Below, piece after piece: positions 30,852-40,695 of a DNA stretch of 64,000 nt (position 1 is its first letter; each line of letters begins with the position of its first letter). The notes beneath the pieces were generated by a model that had not been told where the DNA came from, did no database searches, and saw only the letters and a list, made by a program, of their open reading frames with translations. This DNA comes from a virus (lineage: Duplodnaviria > Heunggongvirae > Uroviricota > Caudoviricetes): the IMG/VR virus record IMGVR_UViG_3300028048_001412, positions 45,858 to 109,857 of that record; one strand, written 5' to 3'. The translations under genes were made by a program, and so were the position numbers.

Positions 30852-30921
30852 ACCTCACAAATTAATTTTTAGTATCATTTATATTGTAAATTTTAATTAT
30901 TTTTCGTATTTATAATCTTAT

Positions 30922-30965
30922 ACTCATTTTCTGTATATCAAAGATTACATATACAGAAAATGAGT
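30922..30965. repeat. Perfect 17-bp inverted repeat with 10-nt loop
   Basis: ACTCATTTTCTGTATAT-caaagattac-ATATACAGAAAATGAGT; no clear U-tract on either side. Confidence 0.9.
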
Positions 30966-31095
30966 TAATAAGATAATTATTTCATACAACTTCAATATAT
31001 GCAAACCTAACTTAAATTAATATATTCTTTTTATAATTTGATTAGCTCAAAAAAGCTTTTTAGTGGAAATATATTTACATTGTATTTATACTTTT

Positions 31096-31138
31096 ATTAT
31101 AACTTATATATTGAAATACATATATAAAATATATTATA
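31096..31138 (-). promoter_or_regulatory. Box-type promoter C
   Basis: TATAATATATTTTAT-atatgtatttcaatatataagt-TATAAT. Confidence 0.7.
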
Positions 31139-31151
31139 AATGTTGATTTTT

Positions 31152-32258
31152 CTAGTATTTCTTACTTCTTCTACTTGATCTTGTTCTTGTGTTATTTTCC
31201 GAACTTATACTACTTGAACTTCCTCCTGAAGAACCACCTCTATTTCTAAATAGCCAATAAAAGAAGAATATTATCAATAATATAGCAAAAGCTTCATTCG
31301 ATTTACCAGATAAACTACTAGAAGAAGTAGTATTTTTAACAGTTTTAGAAGATGATTTTTTAGTACTTGTATTATTCTTTTTATTAGTAGATTTTTTAGT
31401 AGAAGAATTGTTAGTTACTCCTGGTCCAATTTCTTCTTCATCTTCTTCAATAGTAATTTCATCTATTACTATTTCTTTATCTTCTGATTTATTATTTTGA
31501 GTGTTTTCTTCTTTATAAAAAGGATCATCATATTTTATATTATCTGGTGCATTTTCTTCTAACCAATTTTCTCCAGTTTTATACGAGATTGTAATTCCTG
31601 GCTGAATATTTGGACAGAATATATTAAAGCAAATTCCTTCTCCTTCATCTTCTACTGACCAACCTTCCATTTGAACGCCTTCTACTACTAAATTATCTCC
31701 TTCAAATATAGGAGTAACTCTATATAATACGTGATTTCCGGTTTTCTTTATATATTTAGCACAGTCATTTTCAAATGGTAATTGACTGATAACATTCATC
31801 CATCTAGTTCCGGTTATTAAATTTTTTTTGTTTGCATTTTCGCCTGTTAATTGCCATCCAATCAAATGCGCTCTGTTATAAATATATCCACCGCTAACTA
31901 TTGAATATTTCTTATTATTAGATTTTTTATTATATTTCCAACCGGTAGGGATAACAGAATCTATTTTTCCTCTTTTTTCACCATCTTTAGGCATTAAATC
32001 TTTTCCTATATTTGCAAATGTTACTGTACATCTACCTAAATTATCTAATTCACCATAATATTCAAATGATTTGGTTGAATTTTTCTCGTCTTCAGTAAAA
32101 TTAGGAATATTATTATTGATTATAATATAAGCATCATTTGCATCACCAGACCAATCTCTATGGGATAAAGCAAATACATTAAATGAAGATATTATTACTA
32201 AAAATATACTTATAAATAATAAACTTAATTTTTTTATTTTATTTATCATTAAATTCAC
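31152..32258 (-). CDS. Surface DNA/RNA non-specific endonuclease (EndA/DNA-entry nuclease, streptodornase-like)
   Basis: Signal peptide; YGELDNLGRCT, PTGW, YNRAHLIGWQLTGENANKKNLITGTRWMN, YRVTPIFEG; S/T/K linker, C-terminal TM and basic tail. Confidence 0.9.
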   Translation of the reverse strand: MNLMINKIKKLSLLFISIFLVIISSFNVFALSHRDWSGDANDAYIIINNNIPNFTEDEKNSTKSFEYYGELDNLGRCTVTFANIGKDLMPKDGEKRGKIDSVIPTGWKYNKKSNNKKYSIVSGGYIYNRAHLIGWQLTGENANKKNLITGTRWMNVISQLPFENDCAKYIKKTGNHVLYRVTPIFEGDNLVVEGVQMEGWSVEDEGEGICFNIFCPNIQPGITISYKTGENWLEENAPDNIKYDDPFYKEENTQNNKSEDKEIVIDEITIEEDEEEIGPGVTNNSSTKKSTNKKNNTSTKKSSSKTVKNTTSSSSLSGKSNEAFAILLIIFFFYWLFRNRGGSSGGSSSSISSENNTRTRSSRRSKKY

Positions 32259-32259
32259 C

Positions 32260-33597
32260 TTATACTATTTTATTTATTAATTGAGTATGGATAATCTCTT
32301 TAGTAATAGGATTATCATATAAACTTAAATTTTCGGCTGTTATATTTGAAATAAATGGTATTCCTATACTTACATTACTAAAATTTTTAATATTTATGCA
32401 ACCTGGAAAATTAATCTTAAAATCATCTCTATAAATAAATATCATTTTTCCAATATTCTTTATGAATTCACATATTTTAGATTGTATGTTGTAACCACCA
32501 TATATACCGCAATCACATAATATATAATCATATTTACTTTCTTTATCAAATATTTCATTCCAAGGAAGACTTAATATTTCATAAGGAGTCCAATTCTTAC
32601 TTACTCCACCTATATAATCAACTACTTTACCATTCATAGTTTTAATTATATGTTCTACCAATAATGGTCCACCTTTCATTATATTATCTAATGCTTTATT
32701 ATCAGATCTAATATATTTACCTATATTTCCACCTTTAAAATCTAAATCAATAATTAAAACATTCTTTTGTGAAGATAATATTTTATAGAGAGTATAAACT
32801 AAGGAACTTACACCATAACTACCAGAGCTACAAACTCCAATAATATGAGAAGTCCCTTCATATTTAAAAGTAATATCAGGAATTACACCTGCTTTACCTA
32901 ATTCCTCATTTACTCTCTTTAATTCTTCTATTTGTTGTTCTTTAGAAGCAATAATTTTATTTTTTTCAGAAATAACATTATTTATTCTATCTATTTCATT
33001 ATTATATTCAGTAGATAATGCTTCCTTTTGTTCTTTTAATTTATCATCTGTTTCTTCTAAAGCTATTCCTAAATTTTCTTTATATGCTTCTAATTCTTTT
33101 TCAAATTTTTGCCTTTGAGATGATTCAGCACCTAATTTATCTTGTAATGCAGTTATTTGTTTATTTAAATCAGTTATTGTAGCATTATTTTTATCATCTT
33201 TTAATTTTAAATCTTTTATTTTTTCTCTTAATTCAGCAACTACTTCTTTATTAGAAGATAATTGTTGTTCAAGAGCTACTTTTTGTTCAGTAGTTTCTTT
33301 TATAGCATCAATAGAACGTTGTTTTTCTTTTAATACAGCATCTTTTTCATTTAATATTTCATCTAATGAAGTAATATATAAAGTTAATTGTTTTATAGCT
33401 GAATCAACTGCTCCTATTGAATAAGTAGAACCTTCTCTAGGTAATAATTTTACATTTTCAATATCTTCTTTCTTTACATTTTCAAGCAATCTAATATTAT
33501 ATTTATGCAATTGTTTCCATGACATACATCTTTTTAATTCTATGCCTGGAATAGCTTCTAATATTGATTGCCCTCTTACAAATACTCCTACTTCCAC
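32260..33597 (-). CDS. Coiled-coil protein with degenerate MinD/ParA/CpaE-like C-terminal domain
   Basis: ~170-aa coiled coil; IIGVCSSGSYGVSSL (Walker A without Lys), VLIIDLDFKGG, YDYILCDCG. Confidence 0.72.
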   Translation of the reverse strand: MEVGVFVRGQSILEAIPGIELKRCMSWKQLHKYNIRLLENVKKEDIENVKLLPREGSTYSIGAVDSAIKQLTLYITSLDEILNEKDAVLKEKQRSIDAIKETTEQKVALEQQLSSNKEVVAELREKIKDLKLKDDKNNATITDLNKQITALQDKLGAESSQRQKFEKELEAYKENLGIALEETDDKLKEQKEALSTEYNNEIDRINNVISEKNKIIASKEQQIEELKRVNEELGKAGVIPDITFKYEGTSHIIGVCSSGSYGVSSLVYTLYKILSSQKNVLIIDLDFKGGNIGKYIRSDNKALDNIMKGGPLLVEHIIKTMNGKVVDYIGGVSKNWTPYEILSLPWNEIFDKESKYDYILCDCGIYGGYNIQSKICEFIKNIGKMIFIYRDDFKINFPGCINIKNFSNVSIGIPFISNITAENLSLYDNPITKEIIHTQLINKIV

Positions 33598-33610
33598 AAA
33601 ATCACCGCCT

Positions 33611-33823
33611 TTAATTTAGTCTTTCAAATAATCCTGATAATCCTTTTGTTATATTTTTTGCAGGAGAATTACTCCAATCACTTTTTTTAATTTGATTTAC
33701 TCCATTTTCTATTTGATCAATTCCTTGATTTATTCCTATACTAGCGAATTTTTTTACATTAGCTCCACCAAATATTGCCACAAGTATTCCTATCAATATA
33801 ATCCATTTTATAATTCCCTTCAT
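33611..33823 (-). CDS. Small single-TM protein
   Basis: 70 aa with an N-terminal hydrophobic helix; AGGAG RBS. Confidence 0.7.
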   Translation of the reverse strand: MKGIIKWIILIGILVAIFGGANVKKFASIGINQGIDQIENGVNQIKKSDWSNSPAKNITKGLSGLFERLN

Positions 33824-33850
33824 ATCTTTATATTCTCCTTCTAATGATTT

Positions 33851-34780
33851 TTAATAGTTGAATTCTGTTTCTTCTTCTTTTTCTACCAACCAATTTGTTT
33901 TTTCTTCAAATACATGTTCTGGTTTTACTAAAACTACTACTCTTGGATCCACATATTTTTTAAGATATTCACAAGCTTTCATTAATAATGGCTCTAATTC
34001 TTTCTTTTTATATCCAATAGCCATAACTATTAAACCATTATTCCATCTTCCTAAATTATTTTCTATCTTTTTATCAAATTTTAAATCTCCTGCAAATTCT
34101 ACTGCATATACATATATAATATTTCCAGCGCTATTTAATATACAGAAACATCCACAATGAAAAGCAGGAGGTTTAGTAGAAACACAAATTGCAAATCTAT
34201 TTAATATACCGACATATTCATTCTTTATTTTTACTAAATAATTATTATCATCCATCTTTTCTATTTTAGCTTGTTCACTTTTTAAATCTTCTTCAGTTTC
34301 AGCATATGGATGCCTTTGAGTAATTATGGTACTTTCTTTAGTTCCTTTCTTAAATAATTTATATCTATCGGAACCATCTATAAATCTACCTCCATTATAA
34401 ATATCATATGGAGGTTCTAAATCTCTACATTCAACTAGACTTGCAGATTCTTTTATCATAAGAGATGAAAAATCATCATTTATGAAAAATTTACCACCTC
34501 TGTTAAAAGATTTTTTCATTTTAACATAATGTTTCTTTAAAACATCTAAACTTTCATGTGGAATCTCATAAAACACATGATTATTAGTAACATCTTTTAT
34601 GGCTTCTTGAAAATATTCATCATCTCTTAATTTAATACAATATTTAACTATTTCTTGCATTGAATCAAAATTATTACCCATTACTTCATGAGCTAATTTT
34701 GGAAGCCATCCACCTGATTCATTATATATTCTATTTGCATAATCTAATTCTTGTGGAGTAAAACCTAAATTTATAGCCAT
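33851..34780 (-). CDS. Hypothetical protein
   Basis: 309 aa; GAGGTG RBS. Confidence 0.75.
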   Translation of the reverse strand: MAINLGFTPQELDYANRIYNESGGWLPKLAHEVMGNNFDSMQEIVKYCIKLRDDEYFQEAIKDVTNNHVFYEIPHESLDVLKKHYVKMKKSFNRGGKFFINDDFSSLMIKESASLVECRDLEPPYDIYNGGRFIDGSDRYKLFKKGTKESTIITQRHPYAETEEDLKSEQAKIEKMDDNNYLVKIKNEYVGILNRFAICVSTKPPAFHCGCFCILNSAGNIIYVYAVEFAGDLKFDKKIENNLGRWNNGLIVMAIGYKKKELEPLLMKACEYLKKYVDPRVVVLVKPEHVFEEKTNWLVEKEEETEFNY

Positions 34781-34804
34781 CTATAATCACCTCAAAATCT
34801 TATA

Positions 34805-37800
34805 TTATCCTAGGAAAAACCATTTAATTCCTTTGAATACTGATTTAAAGAATCCACCCTTACTCTTTTTCTTTTGTATTTGATTTCTTCTCTTTGTAGC
34901 TATATATTCTAGTAAATCATCATAGAAAGTAATTCCTTTAGCATCAGTTACAGGTTTTCCTATAGATGAAGTTTTTGTATTAGTTGTAAATGTATCTTGC
35001 ATTGCTTTATCCATAGCAGTATTATATTCTTGTTGTTTTATATAATTTTCTTGTTGTTTAAGTTTATCTTCAAATTTAGTCATTTGTATTTCATATTGAG
35101 TTCTAGTTAATACTGGTAATCCTTGAATTACTATATTGTCTAAATGTTTAAATTGTTTGAAACTGTATTTACATATTTGACTTACTGCTTGAGTTTGATT
35201 TAAGTTTAAATCTTTTAACATCTTATACATAAATTTTCTAGTTAATTGTAATGTTATAAGATTTTTTAATCCTTTAAATCCAGGAGAATCAAAATCCCAT
35301 AATTGAGATAAATCTATTCCATTTCCTAATTCTACTTCTTTTCCTATTCTTTTAGAAGAATTTCCTGTAATAAATATAATTTCATTATCAAAGAATCTCA
35401 CTTCTCTAATATCTTTAGTTTTTATTTTTTCTTTCTTTAATGCTCTAAATGCATCTAATGTATATCTTTCTTTTAATTTTCCTATTGTTCTTATTGAATC
35501 ATTTTGGAATTGATTTAATATTGATTTTACTGTTTCATTTTTCTTTAAGAATGAAGGTAATACTGAATGGGTAATTATTAAGCCTGGAACATCATTTTCA
35601 GGAACAGATAATTTACCATTTTTTCCTTTCTTTACTTTTACTTTAGGATTAGCTGGTATTTCATTATATATCTTTACTACTTTACTTACATCAACCATTG
35701 ATTGAGGTGCAGATACGTTTTCAAGAACTGGACCTTCTTTAAGTACTTGTTTATCTAAATTATCAAATACTTCTTTTACTTTAGGAACATTATTAAATGA
35801 TTGATTATTATTTACATGAGATTCTGAAGAATTAGAAATATTTTCATTTAAATCATTAGATTCTACTATATTTTCTTCATTTCCATTTTCTACTTCTTCA
35901 TTTTCTTCTGATTCTTTTACTTTATCTATTTTGTTTTTCTTAATATAAGCTTTTAAATATTTAAGAATATATTCTTCTTGTTCTTGAGCATCTTCTTTAT
36001 TTCTTTTTTGACCTCTATTTTCTTGAGATGCTAATTGACTTTGATATATTTCATATAATCCAGTACTATCACTTCTTAACTCTTCTTCACATTGAGTATT
36101 AGTAATATAATATTGATTATTATCAACATCTAATTTAGCAACACTATTAAATACATCATTATAACCTTTTCTAGCATATTCGGTAATTTTTCTAATATAT
36201 TCAGTATAAGTTTCTTCTGGAATATTGTCTTTTAAACTCTCATCGTTATATTCTTCTCTATATTTTTCTTCTAAATCTGCTCTGAATTTTTCTTCTTCTT
36301 TTTCAGAAACTGTTTTTCCAGAAGCTTCTACTTCTTCTTTATATAATTGGAATTCTGCGTCTATTCTTTCTTTCTTTTCTTCTAATAATGTTTTAGGAGA
36401 ATATCTTCCTCTTTTTTCTAATAAGTCATCAAATATATTTATGTTATAAGGAACATCTTTTTCTTTAGCTACTCCATTAGATTGAGTTTCATAAACACCC
36501 CATAAATTATTAGTAGAAGATTCAGCTTTTAAATCCTCTAAATATTGAGAAGTATTTATTTCATATCTATTTTCATTTTTAAATAATTTAATATATCTAG
36601 TATCTAATAATATTTTATATTTAGGACCTTGAAGAGTTAATTCTATTTTATCTATAAATGCTGTATCTACAGATCTAGTCATTCCTAAACTTTCATATGA
36701 ATAATCATAGAATTTTTCCCATAATCCATTCTCATATCCTTTGCCATGAGATTTTAAATAATTAAATCCTTTTTCTAGATAATATGCAATGTCGTTTTCA
36801 TGTCCTTTTTTCTTTATAAGGAATTGAGTAAATTCTTTAAATCCGATATTGGTATTTATCATTTCTTTATCTGCTAAACTACTAAATTCACTTTCATCAT
36901 CAATTCCAAATAATTCTTTATTTACTAATCTTCTTACTGCAGGATTAGTAAGTCTTCCATACATATCTTCTACATATTTAGAAGGTTTATTAGTTCCATC
37001 TCTAGTTGCTTCATTTAATAAGAATATACTTTTGAATGGCTCATATGTAGATCCGGTTCTTAATATAAATTTACCCATTCCTAAATGATCTAATGCTTTT
37101 GAATTATCATTTACATAATGAGATTTAAAATTCATACATCCATATTTACCTGCACCCACACCTTGATGAGATTCATTTCCTAATATAAATGTAGCACCAT
37201 TCGCATATAAACTTAATGCTGATGCAACTGGTTTACACCAAGTATCTATATGAGTATGCTGACAAATAACAAATATCTTGAATAAACTTTGACCCAATTT
37301 AGATTGAGATAAGTTTCCGAAATTATTCCAAGTATTTCTTATATATCTAATTATGCTAGTTAAATATAATTTAATTTCATCTGGAGTATTACCATTATTT
37401 ATTAAAGAACCTACAAATCCCCCATATAATCCTCTACTTGGAACTTCTCCTGCAAAGAACATATCTTGAAGTTGTTTTGCATATTGTTCTATCTCATCTA
37501 TTACTACAAAACAAGGAGTTTTTCCATATGGAGAATTAGGATTAGTATTATTTTCTGCTTGTTTAGTAGTTAAATAAACTATATCTCCTATTGCTCTAGT
37601 ATATCCAATTAAGTTTACAAATAATCCTTTATTATCTCCTAAAAGATCAATTATTCCAGGAGCAACTTCTTCTAATTTTTCATAAGCATAATCATAATAA
37701 TTTTTACCATGAACTTTTATATTTATCTTTTTACTTTCAGATATAGTAAATCCATCTACTGCAAATGTTTCTCTTCCTGCTTTTTCTGCAATATCATTAT

Positions 37801-38755
37801 AAATAGACATACCCATATCTGGTTTACAGTCTATATAAAATGTATTATATCCTTTTGCAATGGCTTCACCTAATTGACATAATGTTAATACACCTTTTCC
37901 TGATCTTGAACCTGCAACTAGGAATACGAATTTTTCATTCATTCCTGCACCATTAAATGGTAGTCTTAAAGTTTCATTATCATGAGTTTTTCTACCAATT
38001 ACAGGTTTGAATTCTCCTGATTTAACACTATCTACTATTGCACCTTCTAATCTACTTGCAAAAAATGGTCTTGAATCATAAGCACCTTTATCTAAATATC
38101 TTCCGAATTCAAATCTACACATTCCAAATTGTAATCCATTTCCGGAAGTTATTATATTAATTTTATCAGCAGAATCTCCTGCAAAATATGAATTATTTTT
38201 TGCTTTTTCAGGATCAAAATCATTAGGTAGACAATATCCAATAAATTTAACTGCTGTATTATCAACATAATCATTTACAACTATTACACTACATTTATTT
38301 ACTAATTCTTTTTCTATGTCTTTGAATTCTTGGCTGTTTACAGTAATATTATTTTTTAATTTCTTAAATTTTTTAATTAAATCATTTTTAATTTCGTCTA
38401 ATCTATCTTGTAATTTTTTTCCAGATATATCTATAAGTATATCATAATAATCTTCACCATTGATAAATAAATCAGGATTCAATATATCTTTACAAGTAAG
38501 AAAATTTATAGTTCTTTTATCTTCATTGTCTAATAATTTTACTCCATCTTTACATAAAACAGCAATAGAAGATTCTTTTTTAATATATTCTATTTGTTTT
38601 ATCAATAAAGATTTATAATTATTAAATAATTGTTCAAGAATATTTACATTTTCTTTATTTACTCCAGAATAAATATCAGAATTAGATTCATTATCATTAG
38701 AAGATATTTGAGTAAATCCATATTCTTTTAATAAATTTTCTAATTGTTTTTCCAT
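34805..38755 (-). CDS. Large FtsK/HerA/VirD4-superfamily P-loop ATPase
   Basis: FVFLVAGSRSGKG (Walker A), YNTFYIDCKPD, CFVVIDEIEQ (Walker B), FKIFVICQH; long charged C-terminal extension; no obvious N-terminal TM. Confidence 0.8.
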   Translation of the reverse strand: MEKQLENLLKEYGFTQISSNDNESNSDIYSGVNKENVNILEQLFNNYKSLLIKQIEYIKKESSIAVLCKDGVKLLDNEDKRTINFLTCKDILNPDLFINGEDYYDILIDISGKKLQDRLDEIKNDLIKKFKKLKNNITVNSQEFKDIEKELVNKCSVIVVNDYVDNTAVKFIGYCLPNDFDPEKAKNNSYFAGDSADKINIITSGNGLQFGMCRFEFGRYLDKGAYDSRPFFASRLEGAIVDSVKSGEFKPVIGRKTHDNETLRLPFNGAGMNEKFVFLVAGSRSGKGVLTLCQLGEAIAKGYNTFYIDCKPDMGMSIYNDIAEKAGRETFAVDGFTISESKKINIKVHGKNYYDYAYEKLEEVAPGIIDLLGDNKGLFVNLIGYTRAIGDIVYLTTKQAENNTNPNSPYGKTPCFVVIDEIEQYAKQLQDMFFAGEVPSRGLYGGFVGSLINNGNTPDEIKLYLTSIIRYIRNTWNNFGNLSQSKLGQSLFKIFVICQHTHIDTWCKPVASALSLYANGATFILGNESHQGVGAGKYGCMNFKSHYVNDNSKALDHLGMGKFILRTGSTYEPFKSIFLLNEATRDGTNKPSKYVEDMYGRLTNPAVRRLVNKELFGIDDESEFSSLADKEMINTNIGFKEFTQFLIKKKGHENDIAYYLEKGFNYLKSHGKGYENGLWEKFYDYSYESLGMTRSVDTAFIDKIELTLQGPKYKILLDTRYIKLFKNENRYEINTSQYLEDLKAESSTNNLWGVYETQSNGVAKEKDVPYNINIFDDLLEKRGRYSPKTLLEEKKERIDAEFQLYKEEVEASGKTVSEKEEEKFRADLEEKYREEYNDESLKDNIPEETYTEYIRKITEYARKGYNDVFNSVAKLDVDNNQYYITNTQCEEELRSDSTGLYEIYQSQLASQENRGQKRNKEDAQEQEEYILKYLKAYIKKNKIDKVKESEENEEVENGNEENIVESNDLNENISNSSESHVNNNQSFNNVPKVKEVFDNLDKQVLKEGPVLENVSAPQSMVDVSKVVKIYNEIPANPKVKVKKGKNGKLSVPENDVPGLIITHSVLPSFLKKNETVKSILNQFQNDSIRTIGKLKERYTLDAFRALKKEKIKTKDIREVRFFDNEIIFITGNSSKRIGKEVELGNGIDLSQLWDFDSPGFKGLKNLITLQLTRKFMYKMLKDLNLNQTQAVSQICKYSFKQFKHLDNIVIQGLPVLTRTQYEIQMTKFEDKLKQQENYIKQQEYNTAMDKAMQDTFTTNTKTSSIGKPVTDAKGITFYDDLLEYIATKRRNQIQKKKSKGGFFKSVFKGIKWFFLG

Positions 38756-38763
38756 CGATTTAT

Positions 38764-40695
38764 TTATCCTTTTTTAAATTTTTCTTTTATTTCATTTATA
38801 ATAGAATTAGTTATTCCTTCAGGAGCCTTCCAACCTTCTTTTTCTAAATTTTCAAGAAATTTTTTATTTTCATCAGTCAATATAGAATCATCAGATCCAT
38901 TTTTATTTTCTTCTGAATTTTTATATAATTTAGAAATATTATAAATTATTTCATCTATATTAACGTCTTCAAATTTTTTAGGACCATATATTGTTTTATA
39001 TTTTCCTTCTGATTTTTCAGATTCATCTATTCTTACTATTAAAGCTTTATTTTCTTTATCTGAGATAAATTCATAAGTGGCTTCACCATTATCAGTAATT
39101 AAATATTTTCTATCATTTATTTTCTCGAAATAATTTTCATCTTTGTCTTCATTAATAGATTTCCAGACTTTTTTAGAAATGGTTTCTAGATTTAATACTT
39201 CTTTATTATTTTCTTTTAATTGTTCTTCATATTTTTTATAAGTATTTCTGAATACTAAACCATTTATAACTGATTGATCTTCTATATTAGGTTTTCCATC
39301 TTTGCCATAACATATTACCCAGTCTCCATCTCCATGTTCTATTCTATTTTGAGTTCCTTTAGCATAAGTTGCATTTATTTTTAGATTATCTCCCCATGAA
39401 GTAGTTATATAGAATTTATCTCTTTGATCTGCAGGAATATGATATGCAAAACATTTATCAGAATTAGATTTAGGTTTTACTTCTAATATTCCTTTACCTA
39501 AATTCATAAAATCTTCTTTTGTAATAGGAGAACCATCTAATTTAACATAAGTATCTATCACTTTTTGAGGTTTTGTTAACCATTGTTCTGATGCTGTTCC
39601 TGTTATTACTACTTTAGAAGGATCTGATTTATAATGGACATCTTTGAGATCATTATAATAATCTCTTCCTGGTTCGCATAAACTTATTTTAACAGTATAA
39701 TCATCTCTTTTTTGAACTTCTATTCCATTATTACCTTTATAATTATGTAAAAATCCTTTATTTAAACAAACTAAATCTTTTAAATCATCTTCTGATTTAT
39801 TTTCTTCTTTATTTTGTTTATTTTCAAAATCTTCTTTTGCCAATGAAGTATTCCAACCTGCTAAAAAATTATCATATGGCCATTGTTTAGGTTGTAATGA
39901 AAGATTTTGTTTTAAATTATTTTCTGCTTTATCTATTTGATATTGAGATATTTCTGGAATAAATTCTTCTATAGTTTTGAATTTTTCTTTTGCAAAATCT
40001 CTTATATTTTGTTCATATTTACCTAAAAATTCATCTGCATTATCTTTTAGATAATAAGCACCTTGCCATCTTTTACTCTTATCTGATAATTCTTTAATAT
40101 AATCTTTTAATACTCCTGCATTATTAAAATTAGAAACTGATAATGCTGTCCATGAAACTAATACTGTTTCTAAATTAGAAAAGATAAATCTGTTTATAGA
40201 TGATCCTAATGGATCTTTTTCTACACTAAAAGTATCATATTTAGATTTATCAGGATCAGGAATTGGTAAATTAGTTTTAGAATCTTTAGAACAATGTTTT
40301 AAATCAATATGATATAATGAATTTGAACCATCCACTATTCCAGGAATAGGATAAATCCATTCTTCACCTTTAACATTAACTTCTAATACTTTTTTAGAAT
40401 CAGAACCTTCACTTAACCCTCTATGAAATAATATAAAAGCTTTATTTACTCCTATAAAAATTGCTCTTACATTAGAAGGAGAAGTCCAAGTTTTAGAAAC
40501 CATTTTATCATAATCTTTATCAGTCTCTGCAATCTTTAATATGTTTTTATCATTAGTTTCTTCAGATCTTTTATAAAGAGGATTACCTTCAGGAGTAGAA
40601 GGCATATACCAAAGTTTTCTAAATCTTTTAATCCATTGATTACTATTCATTCTTTTATTCCTTTTTAATATTGACCGTCTGCATAAAATAAACAA
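38764..40695 (-). CDS. Hypothetical protein with a PGDYG-like domain
   Basis: VVITGTASEQW...IDTY, ITTSWGDNL, GDGDWVIC, INGLVFRNTY resemble the PGDYG family pattern as I recall it. Confidence 0.55.
   Translation of the reverse strand: MFILCRRSILKRNKRMNSNQWIKRFRKLWYMPSTPEGNPLYKRSEETNDKNILKIAETDKDYDKMVSKTWTSPSNVRAIFIGVNKAFILFHRGLSEGSDSKKVLEVNVKGEEWIYPIPGIVDGSNSLYHIDLKHCSKDSKTNLPIPDPDKSKYDTFSVEKDPLGSSINRFIFSNLETVLVSWTALSVSNFNNAGVLKDYIKELSDKSKRWQGAYYLKDNADEFLGKYEQNIRDFAKEKFKTIEEFIPEISQYQIDKAENNLKQNLSLQPKQWPYDNFLAGWNTSLAKEDFENKQNKEENKSEDDLKDLVCLNKGFLHNYKGNNGIEVQKRDDYTVKISLCEPGRDYYNDLKDVHYKSDPSKVVITGTASEQWLTKPQKVIDTYVKLDGSPITKEDFMNLGKGILEVKPKSNSDKCFAYHIPADQRDKFYITTSWGDNLKINATYAKGTQNRIEHGDGDWVICYGKDGKPNIEDQSVINGLVFRNTYKKYEEQLKENNKEVLNLETISKKVWKSINEDKDENYFEKINDRKYLITDNGEATYEFISDKENKALIVRIDESEKSEGKYKTIYGPKKFEDVNIDEIIYNISKLYKNSEENKNGSDDSILTDENKKFLENLEKEGWKAPEGITNSIINEIKEKFKKG

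Noticed and set aside
15064-33597. Interpretation of the ParA-like genes as a ParABS partition system
   Set aside because: The Walker A lysines are missing, and no ParB or parS-like repeats were recognised.
8792-38755. Interpretation as type VII (ESX) secretion because of multiple FtsK-like domains
   Set aside because: The ATPase domains are in separate genes, there are no WXG100 or EssB-like proteins, and VirB4/VirB6-like features fit T4SS better.
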